Position numbers and translations under genes: made by a program. DNA of 44,685 nt from Enoplolaimus lenunculus (Eukaryota). Positions 35,201 to 44,685 of this stretch are shown in pieces. The notes under the pieces are model-generated. The model worked only from the letters and a program-made list of their open reading frames with translations. It searched no databases and was not told the origin of the DNA. Location of the stretch: assembly GCA_030248215.1 (NCBI GenBank), contig JASANG010000957.1:372001-416685 (forward strand), written 5' to 3'. The stretch's first letter is position 1; each line of letters opens with the position of its first letter.

Positions 35201-38200
35201 CAATTAACCCAACGTACATGATGCTACATCTAGAATTATTCTACTTTACCGTTAAATAAAAAAACTCGATGCTACTGAATTCAATCGATAACTTTGCATT
35301 TCACAAGAATATTTCCCCGATTTCATTACGAATTTTCGGAAGTCAGTAGTATATTAGATCTAGTCGCCTTGCTACCACATATTCAGGTACCTACCACCAG
35401 GGTGCAACCGGATTTCGATGTACAAGATATTTAAACCAATTCTTGGTCAAGTACGTACGTATCTACGTAACTAACTTAGCATCGTGATATCTTTCTGCTA
35501 TCCAGACGAACTATTCATGTTCATACTAGTTCGAGTGCTTGTTCCAATATTTAATCCACACTTACATTTGCAAATTCAATTTTTAATGTGCAACAGCCTG
35601 AATAAATATCGCAGCCGTTGAGTTTATGCTTGACACGCCGCGCTTCATCGGGGGAATTGAATTCAACTAAACCGAATATAACGTCTTCTTTGTGGATTGC
35701 AATGCGAACAACCGGAGCGATACGCTCGCATATTACACGCACAACTTTCTGTAATAATGTGTATATCAAAAAAGAACAACATAAGCTATAACAAACTCAA
35801 ATATACGTATAATGATGTAACGGACGTATGAATAAATGAATAAGTGTACGCAATACCTATCGACCGTTAAGCTCAGATTGCAAACAAATAAACAAATTTA
35901 TTGACTAACAAATCATCAAAATACATTTTCTTACCGGAGTAATCTGCTTTGAAGCGTTGAAGACAAACATTATGAGACAATTAGTCGGCAGTGCACTTTC
36001 AAGTTTGCTAAAGCAAATTCAAAGTAAAAAAATTTATAGAAGCTAACAAAACAACATAATGTACATCATTAAAAAGTAAACAGGATTTGCAGCTGTTCAT
36101 TTTCTGACGTTAAAATTTTATGTTCTGCATTTTTGTTACTTTAGGGTGCGTCAAATTTATTTGTTTTGTTTCTGACAAAAAAGATTAATTGCGATACCAA
36201 CAAAATAATATTTTGCCACATGATCCCTTTGCAAAAGTGCCACCTTAGTACGATTATAAACCCGTCGTAGTGGGACTACATTTATTGAGCGAAGCTCGAA
36301 CACACGTAAGCAATTAAGGTAATATGCAAATTAGTTATTAGCTAACTATTCAATTATCGGTTTTGGAGGTTTGTAAGCAATTTCCTCAGAATCCTCGCAC
36401 CCAAAAACCCTTCAGCCAACCTATAAATTTTGGAAAAATTTAAAAAGTCCTAATTTTGTCTTGTCAATTAAGCTAATATGCAAATTAACTATTAGCTAAC
36501 TATTCAATTATCGGTGTTGGAGGTTTGTAAACAATTTATTCAGATTCCTCGCACCCAAAACCCTTCAGTAAGCCCTAAAAATTATTGAAATAATTTAAAA
36601 GTCATAGTTTTGCCTTGTTAATTAAGCTAATATGCAAATTAGGTATTAGCTAACTTTTCAATTATCGGTTGTGGATGTTTGTAAACTATTTATTCAAATT
36701 CCATGCACCTAAAAACCCTTTAGTGCTGAAATAATATTGATTTTAACCTTAATAATTAGTGAAATATTGTAAAAAGTCCTAATTTAGGCTTATAACCTAT
36801 ACTAATATGCAAATTATATATTAGCTAACTGCTCAATTATCGGTTTTGGAGGTTTGTAAACAGTCTACGCAGATTCCTCGCACCCAAAAACCCTTTAATG
36901 CTAAAATTCTAACTGTAATAATTAGTGAAATATTATGGAAAGTCCTAATTTAGGCTTATTTAATTATGCAAATTAGCCTGTAGCTACTAAACGGCTTGCA
37001 ATTTTAAACCCCCAATGCGAGGTTAACACCCCAGGATAATTGGCTTTCAAACAAAAAAAGTTTATCAAAATCGGTTCAGCCGTTCCTGAGATTCTTTTCG
37101 GACGGACAGACGGACATCCACGTTTCGACCCCCAAGTACAAAACAAAACGCTTCGCGAAACTCCGAGCTTCGCTCGGAGTTTCGCTTCGCTCAAAAACAA
37201 ATAGGTAGTGACTAAAAACAATAAAACATCAAAATTGTTACCTTTCCCTTGTTATTCCAGGCAACTGCGATGCTGTTGCGTAAATCGGCTGTCCAAGTAC
37301 CAGTATCCCACCTTGCTGAAATAACGAAAAATGGACAAAAATTTGTGATGCTAAGCTGAACAAAACACCTTTTAATAACGTTTACAACTCGTTGATAACT
37401 CGAGTTCAATGTTAAAACCATTTCATACAGGGTGCTAAAGTTTAACTGAATTATACCGGAGTAAGAGAAGGAATAGGAAATTATACCGCAATCGGAATCA
37501 GAACCGAAAATTTAAAATCCTATATATACATTTTACATGAATCTACTTAATCAATGTTTCAGTGTGAAAGTTATTCATGTTTCTAATAAGAGTTCGCAAA
37601 TCCAGGTACAGTATTATACACTTACGACCGATGCATTGAGACACACGCGAGCTGATTGTGATTCCTGAAAAATAAAAATTAAAGTATCAACCAAAAACGA
37701 GTAATGTATATACGTAACTTACAGCACAGCATATGAAATGCAACGTGTGATAAAATCTTGAAGTTTGACCGAAACTTTTTCACTCTGCTCTCAGACGAAT
37801 TTAGTGGAATATTTAATTACGTACTATCTAAGAAATACATATACTCATCATGGGGTGGTTGCTAACTACTAGAGAGCGGACACAGATGCAGGCTAATAAG
37901 TAAGGACATACGATATAACCCAAGACCCGACGCCAATACGTTATTTGCCTGGCCCTAACCGGGACCAGTTTGTTTATATATACATCTTTAATTGCCTCGC
38001 AGGAAAAAATTCTACAACGTGCGGTTCAAGTTTGACAAGTTTGAAAAACATGAAAATCACAAGAAACAGCAAATTTCAATTGGTTGCTAAATTTAAGAAA
38101 ACGTACCAGTTATATAACTTTACAAACGTCGGGTACTGGGATGAGTTTTGTGAATCCCAGAACCACCTATGGTGCTCTGCCTCCGGTTAGAAATCCGATT

Positions 38201-39092
38201 CCTAGATCTGCCCTTAATGCGAACCCAAGGATTCGGTGAGTAATAAGGTGGGGTGGGGTAAAATATCATGTGGAAAGCGTCAAACCTAGCGGGGTAATAT
38301 CCCAGCGAGAGGCGAAATATCATCTCTTATGGGATACCGGTATACGTGCACAGGCATGCAACATTTTCTTTACATACACTTACGTGCACATATACCGACA
38401 ATCCGAACTTTGTAACGAATAAGAATCATTTTACCTCAAATTCAACCAAGGCGATGCCTGCTTCTTCGAGCTTTACATAACTGAAATGCACAAAAACAGA
38501 AGTTACTATTACATATATACAAGCAAAGCAAAGGTTTTTCAATTCAGCGAACATATACTACTACCGGACTGAAATGCTTCACACACCACAAATTTATGAT
38601 ATATCCAGGGAGCGATCGGATATCTGGTTCCGGTTTCAAATCCGGCAAAAACTGATATTGTATCCGATTCCGGTATAAACCTACCGGATAACAAATATTT
38701 ACGGTTGTGGTACTGAATATCATAAAACTGCTTTTTGCAAGTGATCGTCTTTAATATCTTGCAGGTGAATACATTTCTGGGCAAGTGAAGTAGTGCAAGT
38801 TTTGATACGTTTCAACTACTTTTAACTTATTTAATCGAACGAGGGTTAAAAGTATTTTTGCATTATAAAAATTTCAGTTTATAAGCAGAAAATAAGAAAC
38901 AGTTCCGGATCTGCTTCCGGTTTGGGATTTTTGCAAATCGCTGTTCCGTCCCGTTTCTAATGTTACTATCATACCTACTGTACTACTATACTTTACTGAC
39001 CTCACTGCACCGTACGAAGTTAACACCTCTAAAATGTCTGCTTCTTGACAATTAACTGGAAGATTTGACAGTCGAACAACATGACCTGCCAT
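20262..39092 (-). CDS. HNRNPL: Heterogeneous nuclear ribonucleoprotein L family (hnRNP L / smooth), four RRMs, 712 aa, 16 coding exons
   Basis: Exons (minus): 39092-39001, 38480-38435, 37664-37626, 37315-37242, 36007-35935, 35748-35566, 33852-33792, 27979-27905, 27259-27097, 25622-25412, 23745-23624, 23185-22978, 21921-21864, 21560-21456, 21199-20986, 20676-20262. Total 2139 nt in one open frame, all GT-AG. Diagnostic motifs: LNGCDIYSGCCTLKIEFA (RRM2), NCDTLFNLFCLYGNV (RRM3), LPDGSPGYREYVGNRNNRF...SNAP (RRM3-4 linker). Confidence 0.95.
23805..24772 (-). mobile_element. DINE-1/HINE-like non-autonomous Helentron element, copy 1
   Basis: Subterminal inverted repeats TTATTGAGCGAAGC / GCTTCGCTTAATAA, GGACGGACAGACGGAC microsatellite, internal ~125-155-bp tandem units, terminal stem-loop GTAGT-GGG-ACTAC. 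Highly similar to 36259-37197. Confidence 0.8.
25684..26035. mobile_element. Old hAT MITE remnant
   Basis: TAGGGTG...GCACCCTG ends, ATCCGG subterminal repeats, flanks TCCTGTAT / TCCATTAT (6/8). Confidence 0.55.
26127..26511 (+). mobile_element. hAT MITE family A, copy 4
   Basis: TIRs as above; TSD CAGCATAG. Confidence 0.93.
26612..26996 (+). mobile_element. hAT MITE family A, copy 5
   Basis: TIRs as above; TSD CATACAAG (differs from copy 4, so an independent insertion). Confidence 0.93.
28645..29170 (+). mobile_element. Decayed partial copy of the same HINE-like family, opposite orientation
   Basis: GGTCGAAAGGTGGATGTCCATCCGTCTGTCTGTCCGA and degenerate GGGTGCGA...AATCTGAA...CCTCCAAAA units are the reverse complement of copies 1 and 2. 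Confidence 0.7.
29861..30243 (+). mobile_element. hAT MITE family A, copy 6
   Basis: TIRs as above; TSD ACCTACTG; slightly more diverged. Confidence 0.92.
30327..30373 (-). other. Candidate 47-nt poison cassette exon of hnRNP L
   Basis: Acceptor ttctgcag, consensus donor CAG|gtaagt, in-frame TGA after (A)TC TGT ACG TAT TAT GTG. Confidence 0.45.
32476..32864 (-). mobile_element. hAT MITE family A, copy 7
   Basis: TIRs as above; TSD GTCTATAG. Confidence 0.93.
33093..33134. repeat. 14-bp tandem repeat x3
   Basis: AGCCAGAAGGATT(G/A) three times. Confidence 0.85.
34291..35160. mobile_element. Older hAT-type non-autonomous element with a nested MITE remnant (~34600-34930)
   Basis: Ends TATGGATGGGAGTCTCAATG / CACTGAGACTCCCATCCCTG, AGTCTC subterminal repeats, flanks GTGAACTG / GTGAACAG (7/8 TSD). 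Confidence 0.7.
36259..37197 (-). mobile_element. DINE-1/HINE-like non-autonomous Helentron element, copy 2
   Basis: Same architecture; perfect 14-bp hairpin GCGAAACTCCGAGC-TTC-GCTCGGAGTTTCGC at 37155-37185. Confidence 0.8.
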
Positions 39093-39234
39093 AGTTATTT
39101 AAATAAATTATGAACAAGGTGTATCAAAACATAGGTTAAAATACCTAAACGAATGCGTTTCAAAACATAAAACATGCATTATTAATATTGTAATTATTAT
39201 ATATGCTTAGGCTAACAATCCCACCGCTGTCGGA

Positions 39235-39422
39235 CATGTAGTGCCTTCATATGCAGCAGCAGTAAAACATGAAAGAGCCAAAATACATGAGTGTAAGTAA
39301 TGTTAAGGTTCTTATAAGGCATAAATAGAAATTCAGTCTAAGCCAAGCCGCTTCACCATCAGCTGCAGAGTTTTCATGTTTTATACCTTATCAAAACACT
39401 CATGTTATGAAGGCACTACATG
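39235..39422. mobile_element. Short inverted-repeat element; a partial second copy lies at ~40695-40835
   Basis: Perfect 17-bp inverted repeat CATGTAGTGCCTTCATA / TATGAAGGCACTACATG; internal sequence repeated at 40722-40825. Confidence 0.65.
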
Positions 39423-40835
39423 CGCATTATGCATCAGTGTTTTAACCTATGTACGAATGCCAAAAACAACTTAAACAGAACTAAATTAATCGACGGCCCT
39501 GAATTCGGCATATTATATTCATAGGCTGCAATAACTTGATGCTCAACTAACTTCATTCAGTTTTATTATCCTAAAGCCCTATTCATACGGACAAATTTTT
39601 GTTGCTACAAATTTTTTCATCAGTGAATGAAAAATCGGCGGCAAATAAATTCAATGAACTTGCATGGTTATTCACACATGTGAAATAATTTCCTAGCTAT
39701 GATTTTTGATGAATTATTTGCAGCGGCAAGTTTTTCGAGCAAGATTTTGGACAGAACTTAAAAGTGCAATTGGAAGCTGCATGTTCTCTCGGCAAAAACT
39801 TACCCAGTGAATAGGCCAAAAAATAAAATATTCTCAATGCCTATTTGAACTAGCTATGTATGTAAAGGTAGATAAAATTAAAAATTCAAATTTCTAGTTT
39901 GCATATTAGTTGAAAAAAGAGGCCTCAAGTATAATTTATAACCATCCGTTTTTAAACTTTATCGCTTTCTTGATTATACACAAAAAGATTGACAACAAGT
40001 CGAAGATTTGAATGCCAAAGCTTAAACTTTCCATGTAAATGGAAAGCCAATAGGATATCACCGCCAACATTTTCGTGAAATTTTCTGATTTGAAGTACAG
40101 CATAAACTCCAGCTAATCGACTATTTTACCGTTTTGGTAATTCGCATTCGCACATAAATATATTGCCTGCTTAAAATCTGCTGGAACGCTGCTCAAAATA
40201 CCTATGTGGGGTGTTCCAGCTTTAACATGATATACAATTGAGTTAGGAAATTTTAAGTCGCTGTTGTCCCTTAGTACCCTGAAACAAAGCGATTTACTAC
40301 AATTCTACTATGTGCTGCATACGTTCACTTTCTTTACATATTTGCTTTGTTCTTATAGTGTGTTGTATTTGGTAGTGTAAATAATGTAGATGTTGGAAAT
40401 GGGACTGCATGAAGTATATCAGAAATGTCCATTTCCAATTTTCTTCTGCATCCGCTTCTTCTCGTTTTCTTCTTCTTTAACCATTTTAAAATCTTAGCTA
40501 GGAAATCTTGTAATAAGGTTTGACACGCGTTTTCACAGCAGAGTTGAAGATCGAAACAAGATTAAGTTAACAGTGCTAAGCATGGATCGACCGGATATAC
40601 GGTCCCGGTTTAATGTCAGGCTATAAATCGACATCCGTATCCGATTATTGTGCCATGCGGATACATGGAGGCAAAATAAACCTTACGCTGATGCTGCACA
40701 TCGGTTAAAGCACTGATGCATATGTAGTGCCTTCATATGCAGCAGGAGTTTAACATGGAAGAACCAAGATACATGTGATTGTAATGTTGAGGTTCTTATA
40801 AGGCATAAAAAACTGAAACTTCAGCAGCTGACTGT

Positions 40836-41050
40836 GAGGCGGCGTTGCGAAGTCGTAGCGCGCTGGACTGAGAATCTGTCTGTCATGGATCGAAACCTCG
40901 TAAGAACGTCCCTTATTTTCAGCTGATCTTAACCCAATGGTAGGATATAGATTGACAAAATGAGCAGAAAGATGTGAAATTTGGCAGAACTGGACCTGTG
41001 GGTGGAAAGAGCAAATTGAACACTTTTGTGATCATACGCATCGGCACTGC
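40836..41050 (+). mobile_element. Decayed tRNA-derived SINE
   Basis: Degenerate A box region (GTTGCGAAGTCGTAGCGCGCTGGACT) and B box (GGATCGAAACC); interrupts the repeat at 40722-40835. 3' end uncertain. Confidence 0.4.
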
Positions 41051-41724
41051 TAAAACTTACCGATTTTTAGCCGATAATTTTTACACTTAGCAATGAGTTT
41101 GTATGCGACCAGTGTATACGTGGCGCATTTTAGTGCGTCTGTCACGAAATTGTAATTTTTCTTGCGTTTGAGTTGCTTCGCATTTATAATGACATGTATA
41201 CACGGAATCTTGAAATTGGTATCTGTATCGGCACCGGCAAACAATTTTGCGTTGGTACATCAGTACTAGGAATTGGAATAGCACAAAAGATACCAAGAAA
41301 AAACATAGGTAGAGAAAGGGGAAGCTTATGGTGAGCACAAGCGTCAGAGGCTATTCGTGCTTCAGTGATATTTTTCATGTCATATATGCGAAATGTGAAC
41401 TAATACGTAACTGTTATAAGCAACACTGTTATGAAATTTGATAGGATTGATGCCAAATTTGTCGCATAATTGCGATAACACTGGTTAGAAACGATAAGGA
41501 ATTACGATTTCGAGCCGATTATACCTGCAATTGGAACTGAATTTCAATCGTAATTCTAATCCGAATCGGAATTTCGTTGCACCCTGGCTATGCATACAAC
41601 TACCTACTTATTGGTTGAATATATACTTGTAGATTATAATATTTATTCAGTTAATATTGCAAGTTTGCTACATACTTGCTGTTATTTGCCTGCATAACCA
41701 AACATATATTGTTTGCCTGCAGAA

Positions 41725-41841
41725 ATGGTGACGGATGTTCAGTTGGCTATTTTTGCGAACGTTCTTGGCGTGACGGTATTTGTGCTGATTATCCTCTATC
41801 ACTTTATTGTTGTGAACAATCCGAAACATAAATCCGATTAA
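41725..41841 (+). CDS. OST4: Oligosaccharyltransferase complex subunit 4, 38 aa single-TM microprotein
   Basis: [38 protein letters not shown] closely matches human OST4 ([37 protein letters not shown]). A splice/trans-splice acceptor ctgcag ends at 41722. Too short for the ORF track. Confidence 0.96.
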   Translation: MVTDVQLAIFANVLGVTVFVLIILYHFIVVNNPKHKSD

Positions 41842-43039
41842 ATTGTACGTTTTGGGGTCGAATTAGGTTAAATTTTGGTTTTGTTCATTGCTGGAAAAAT
41901 ATTGCCATTGTTGACCTGAAGGCATGTTTAGAATTCTTAATGCTGTTGAATTGACTTGTAATTTAAAAAGGATGTCTCGTAACTTATATCGCTTACGGTT
42001 TGAGTATAATATGCTTCGAAATCCTTACAACTAGCTGAAATATGTCAACACTTTACTAATTCGTGATTGTGAGCTTTGCTTTTGAACTGATGCATGCATT
42101 AAGTTGTTTATCTTACATTATTTGGCATGTCATCTTCTCATTCTCTATGTATCTTTCTGTTTACCTTCCAGTAGTTGTTAATTTCAGATAAAGTGCCTTT
42201 GAACTCTTAGAATATCAGAGACGCTAAGAAAACGATGCCAACTTAATCTGTTAATGTGTTAGTTTGTTTTGTGCATTCCGTTGATTGTATCTGTAAATGA
42301 AGATTACGTTAGTTGATGCCGTTTGAACTTTTCAGTGCTCAAATTTACTAATATCTTCAACTCCACGCCCATATTTTAAATAGTCTGTTTGGTATAATTC
42401 AGAAAACAGTTGTGTATTGAAAATAACTTGATGAGCGTTCAGTAATCGAGTACAACGGACCCATTACTTTTGCTGGTCGTGTTTTATTTGGCTTTGGAAG
42501 TTGGCGCATAAAATTTTGAAAGGGCGCTTAGGACAACAGTATGTGCACTTGTATCAAGCAGCATCAAGATAATTGCTTAAAACTGTTTACTTCTTATTAT
42601 GGTTATATTGAAACTGGATTTTATGTTCGCAAATAATTTTGTTGACTTTACTCAGCGTTCCAGCTAATTTTGGTATTTATTAGCTACGGTAAACAAAGGT
42701 AAAGTAAAGTAATCTTGAACCACAGGTAACGTTGATGTATTAGCGGCAGTGTATTATTAAGATGTTGAAACATGTTGCACAGTGAAATTTTAAGCGTATA
42801 AAATAAAAACAAAAGAACATATGCAGCTTCTCTAAAACGTTCACGTTTTATACACCAAGATTAAATTTTTACTCAACTTCTTAATATTTGGTTTGGCCCC
42901 ATAATTATATGCCAAAAACACAAATCAAACGTTTGAATATCATTGTGCCAAAAAATATATTTTTCAGTTTTTTGGTATTCAATCAGTTCAATGCCTATGT
43001 ATACAAAAGAAGCATTTTCGTACAAAGATGTACGTGTAC

Positions 43040-43369
43040 CAGGGTATAACCGGATATTCGTTTCCGGTAAACATTAGTGTCCGTTTTAATTTATGAAAAT
43101 ATCGAAAATTCCTTTATTTTCTTATTCATTTTTAGTTGTAAATGACTTTGATCGTTCATCGGGTGCCGGATGATGTTAAATAGTTGTTACCGAAATATTT
43201 GTTGCACAACATCAGACAGATTAACAATCAACCTTTTACTGCTAAAATTGAAATGTTAAACGTTAATTTTAAAATATTCAGAACTTTTATAACTTTTGTG
43301 TCCGGTTTTCGTGTACGTCATTTTGACTACTTTCCGTTTCCAGTATTGATCCTATCAGTATACACCCTG
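43040..43369. mobile_element. Old hAT MITE remnant
   Basis: CAGGGTATA...TACACCCTG ends with CCGG-rich subterminal motifs; TSD not recognisable. Confidence 0.45.
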
Positions 43370-43678
43370 ATTTAGACAGTTTGCTTATCTTTTAGCACAG
43401 ATTCACCATTAGGCTTGTGTCCGCAGATTCTATTCATCGCTTCTTATAGATATTGCCGTCTGGATAAGATTGAAGAAGTATTGAGTCATGCGCGGTATTT
43501 TAATCGTATATTTGTACATAGGTCTGTGATAATTTCAAATATATATCCTGTGTAAAGTAATTTATTTGAAACTGGATAGTATACTAAAGTTTCAAATAGT
43601 TTTATCCATACTGACAATATCAATAATTGCTATTGCCTGTTTTTAAGACGGCTTGTGTTTTTTGTTTCGTTGTTAAAG

Positions 43679-43730
43679 CTACTGACATGTTTTATGGCTG
43701 CAAACAAGCGTAGTCAGGATTTCATGTCAG
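43679..43730 (+). other. Possible exon of an unidentified downstream gene (MFMAANKRSQDFMS from ATG 43687)
   Basis: T-rich tract ending in taaag and strong donor CAG|gtgagt; no recognisable homology and no downstream exon identified. Confidence 0.3.
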
Positions 43731-44485
43731 GTGAGTATAACCTCATCTAAATGGTCTATGTTACTTTTAGGAGCGCCCAGGTTTCGGGCGGGTCTATAAA
43801 AGAGTAGGTTTAGATTTTAGATTACATTTTTTACTTAGGCTGAAGAACACACTTTTACAATGCTTAGACTTAGGATTAAGAATACGCTTAATCCACTGTT
43901 TACAACTGTAAAAGTAACATTGGTCCGAAAGATTGTTGTCAAATCTTGTAAAAACAGTTTGTGTTATAAAAATTTCACGAGGGGATACCTTTAACTGCAA
44001 ATATGTCGTTAATTATTCTGTTGTTATATCCAGTACTATTAAAAGAAAGCGTTTCTGTTTAGAGCAGATCTTTTGTCATAAAGCGATTTCTATGCTGTTG
44101 ATAAAATTCGAGTAACTCGAGTTTGATATAGCATTTGGCCTCAATTCGATACAGTATTAAATCGAAATAAAGAATTTCGGGCTTATGTTTTCGCTGCTTC
44201 TCCCTGAAGAGCTTCAAGCTTATGTTTTCGTTGGTCGTTCCGGGCAGCTTCGAAGGCTTACAAATACGGATGCGTTTCTACTCTGCTTTATAACCTAGAC
44301 CTAGGCTTAGTCTAGTGACCCGAAAATGTGGGAGGTCTCATTTTGAGTCTTGCTCAAAAGGTGTCTGGGTATATCTATCTACTCCAGTGGAAAGAGTCAG
44401 TATGTCCTAATGACAGTCCATAACAGACCAAAGCAGAAGACTGACTGGCCTGGACTATTCACTAACTTCCAATGTAAAGAACAGG

Positions 44486-44592
44486 GCGGAACAGTATTAT
44501 AAGCATATTCCTAAGCCTAAAAGGGTAAGAATGAGCATATTTCCAAGCCTAAGCCAAGCAAAAAAAATAGTCTATGCTTACGCTTACTTTAT
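44486..44592 (-). repeat. Shorter copy of the TTAGGC-containing dispersed repeat
   Basis: GGAACAGTAT...CCTAAGCCTAA...GTAAGAATGAGCATAT...AAGCCTAAGCCAAGCAAAAAA matches the reverse complement of 4780-4985. Confidence 0.7.
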
Positions 44593-44685
44593 TGAGTCCC
44601 ACAGAAAAACCTTCCGCCCTTGATCTTATATGGGTCTGACTAGCTTATAAACCCCTGATGTCAAACGATCATCGCATACAAATCA

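Noticed and set aside
40419..40484. Minus-strand MVKEEENEKKRMQKKIGNGHF* as an N-terminal hnRNP L exon
   Set aside because: No usable splice donor before the stop; at most a uORF.

Overview
AT-rich, intron-rich eukaryotic DNA, most likely from a nematode (interstitial TTAGGC repeats, ~50-nt introns, GT-AG sites). Splicing by eye gives four genes: the 5' part of a TDP-43 homolog (minus, runs off the left edge), a complete 4-exon eIF5A (plus), a complete 16-exon hnRNP L (minus, 712 aa, with a long Pro/Gly/His C-terminal tail), and a 38-aa OST4 (plus) that the ORF track misses. Introns carry seven young ~385-bp hAT MITEs with 8-bp target-site duplications (TSDs), older hAT remnants, three DINE-1/Helentron-like elements and tRNA-derived SINE heads. 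The most interesting signal is a ~410-nt densely base-paired segment on the sense strand of eIF5A intron 1. It has a GCCTAAGC telomeric template next to a long-range closing helix, a possible pseudoknot and a 3' hairpin-ACA box, making it a candidate intron-encoded telomerase RNA. Also notable are candidate poison exons in the hnRNP L intron apparently equivalent to vertebrate intron 6, and a splicing-dependent uORF/start-codon switch in TDP-43. All calls are manual; no searches or folding programs were run.
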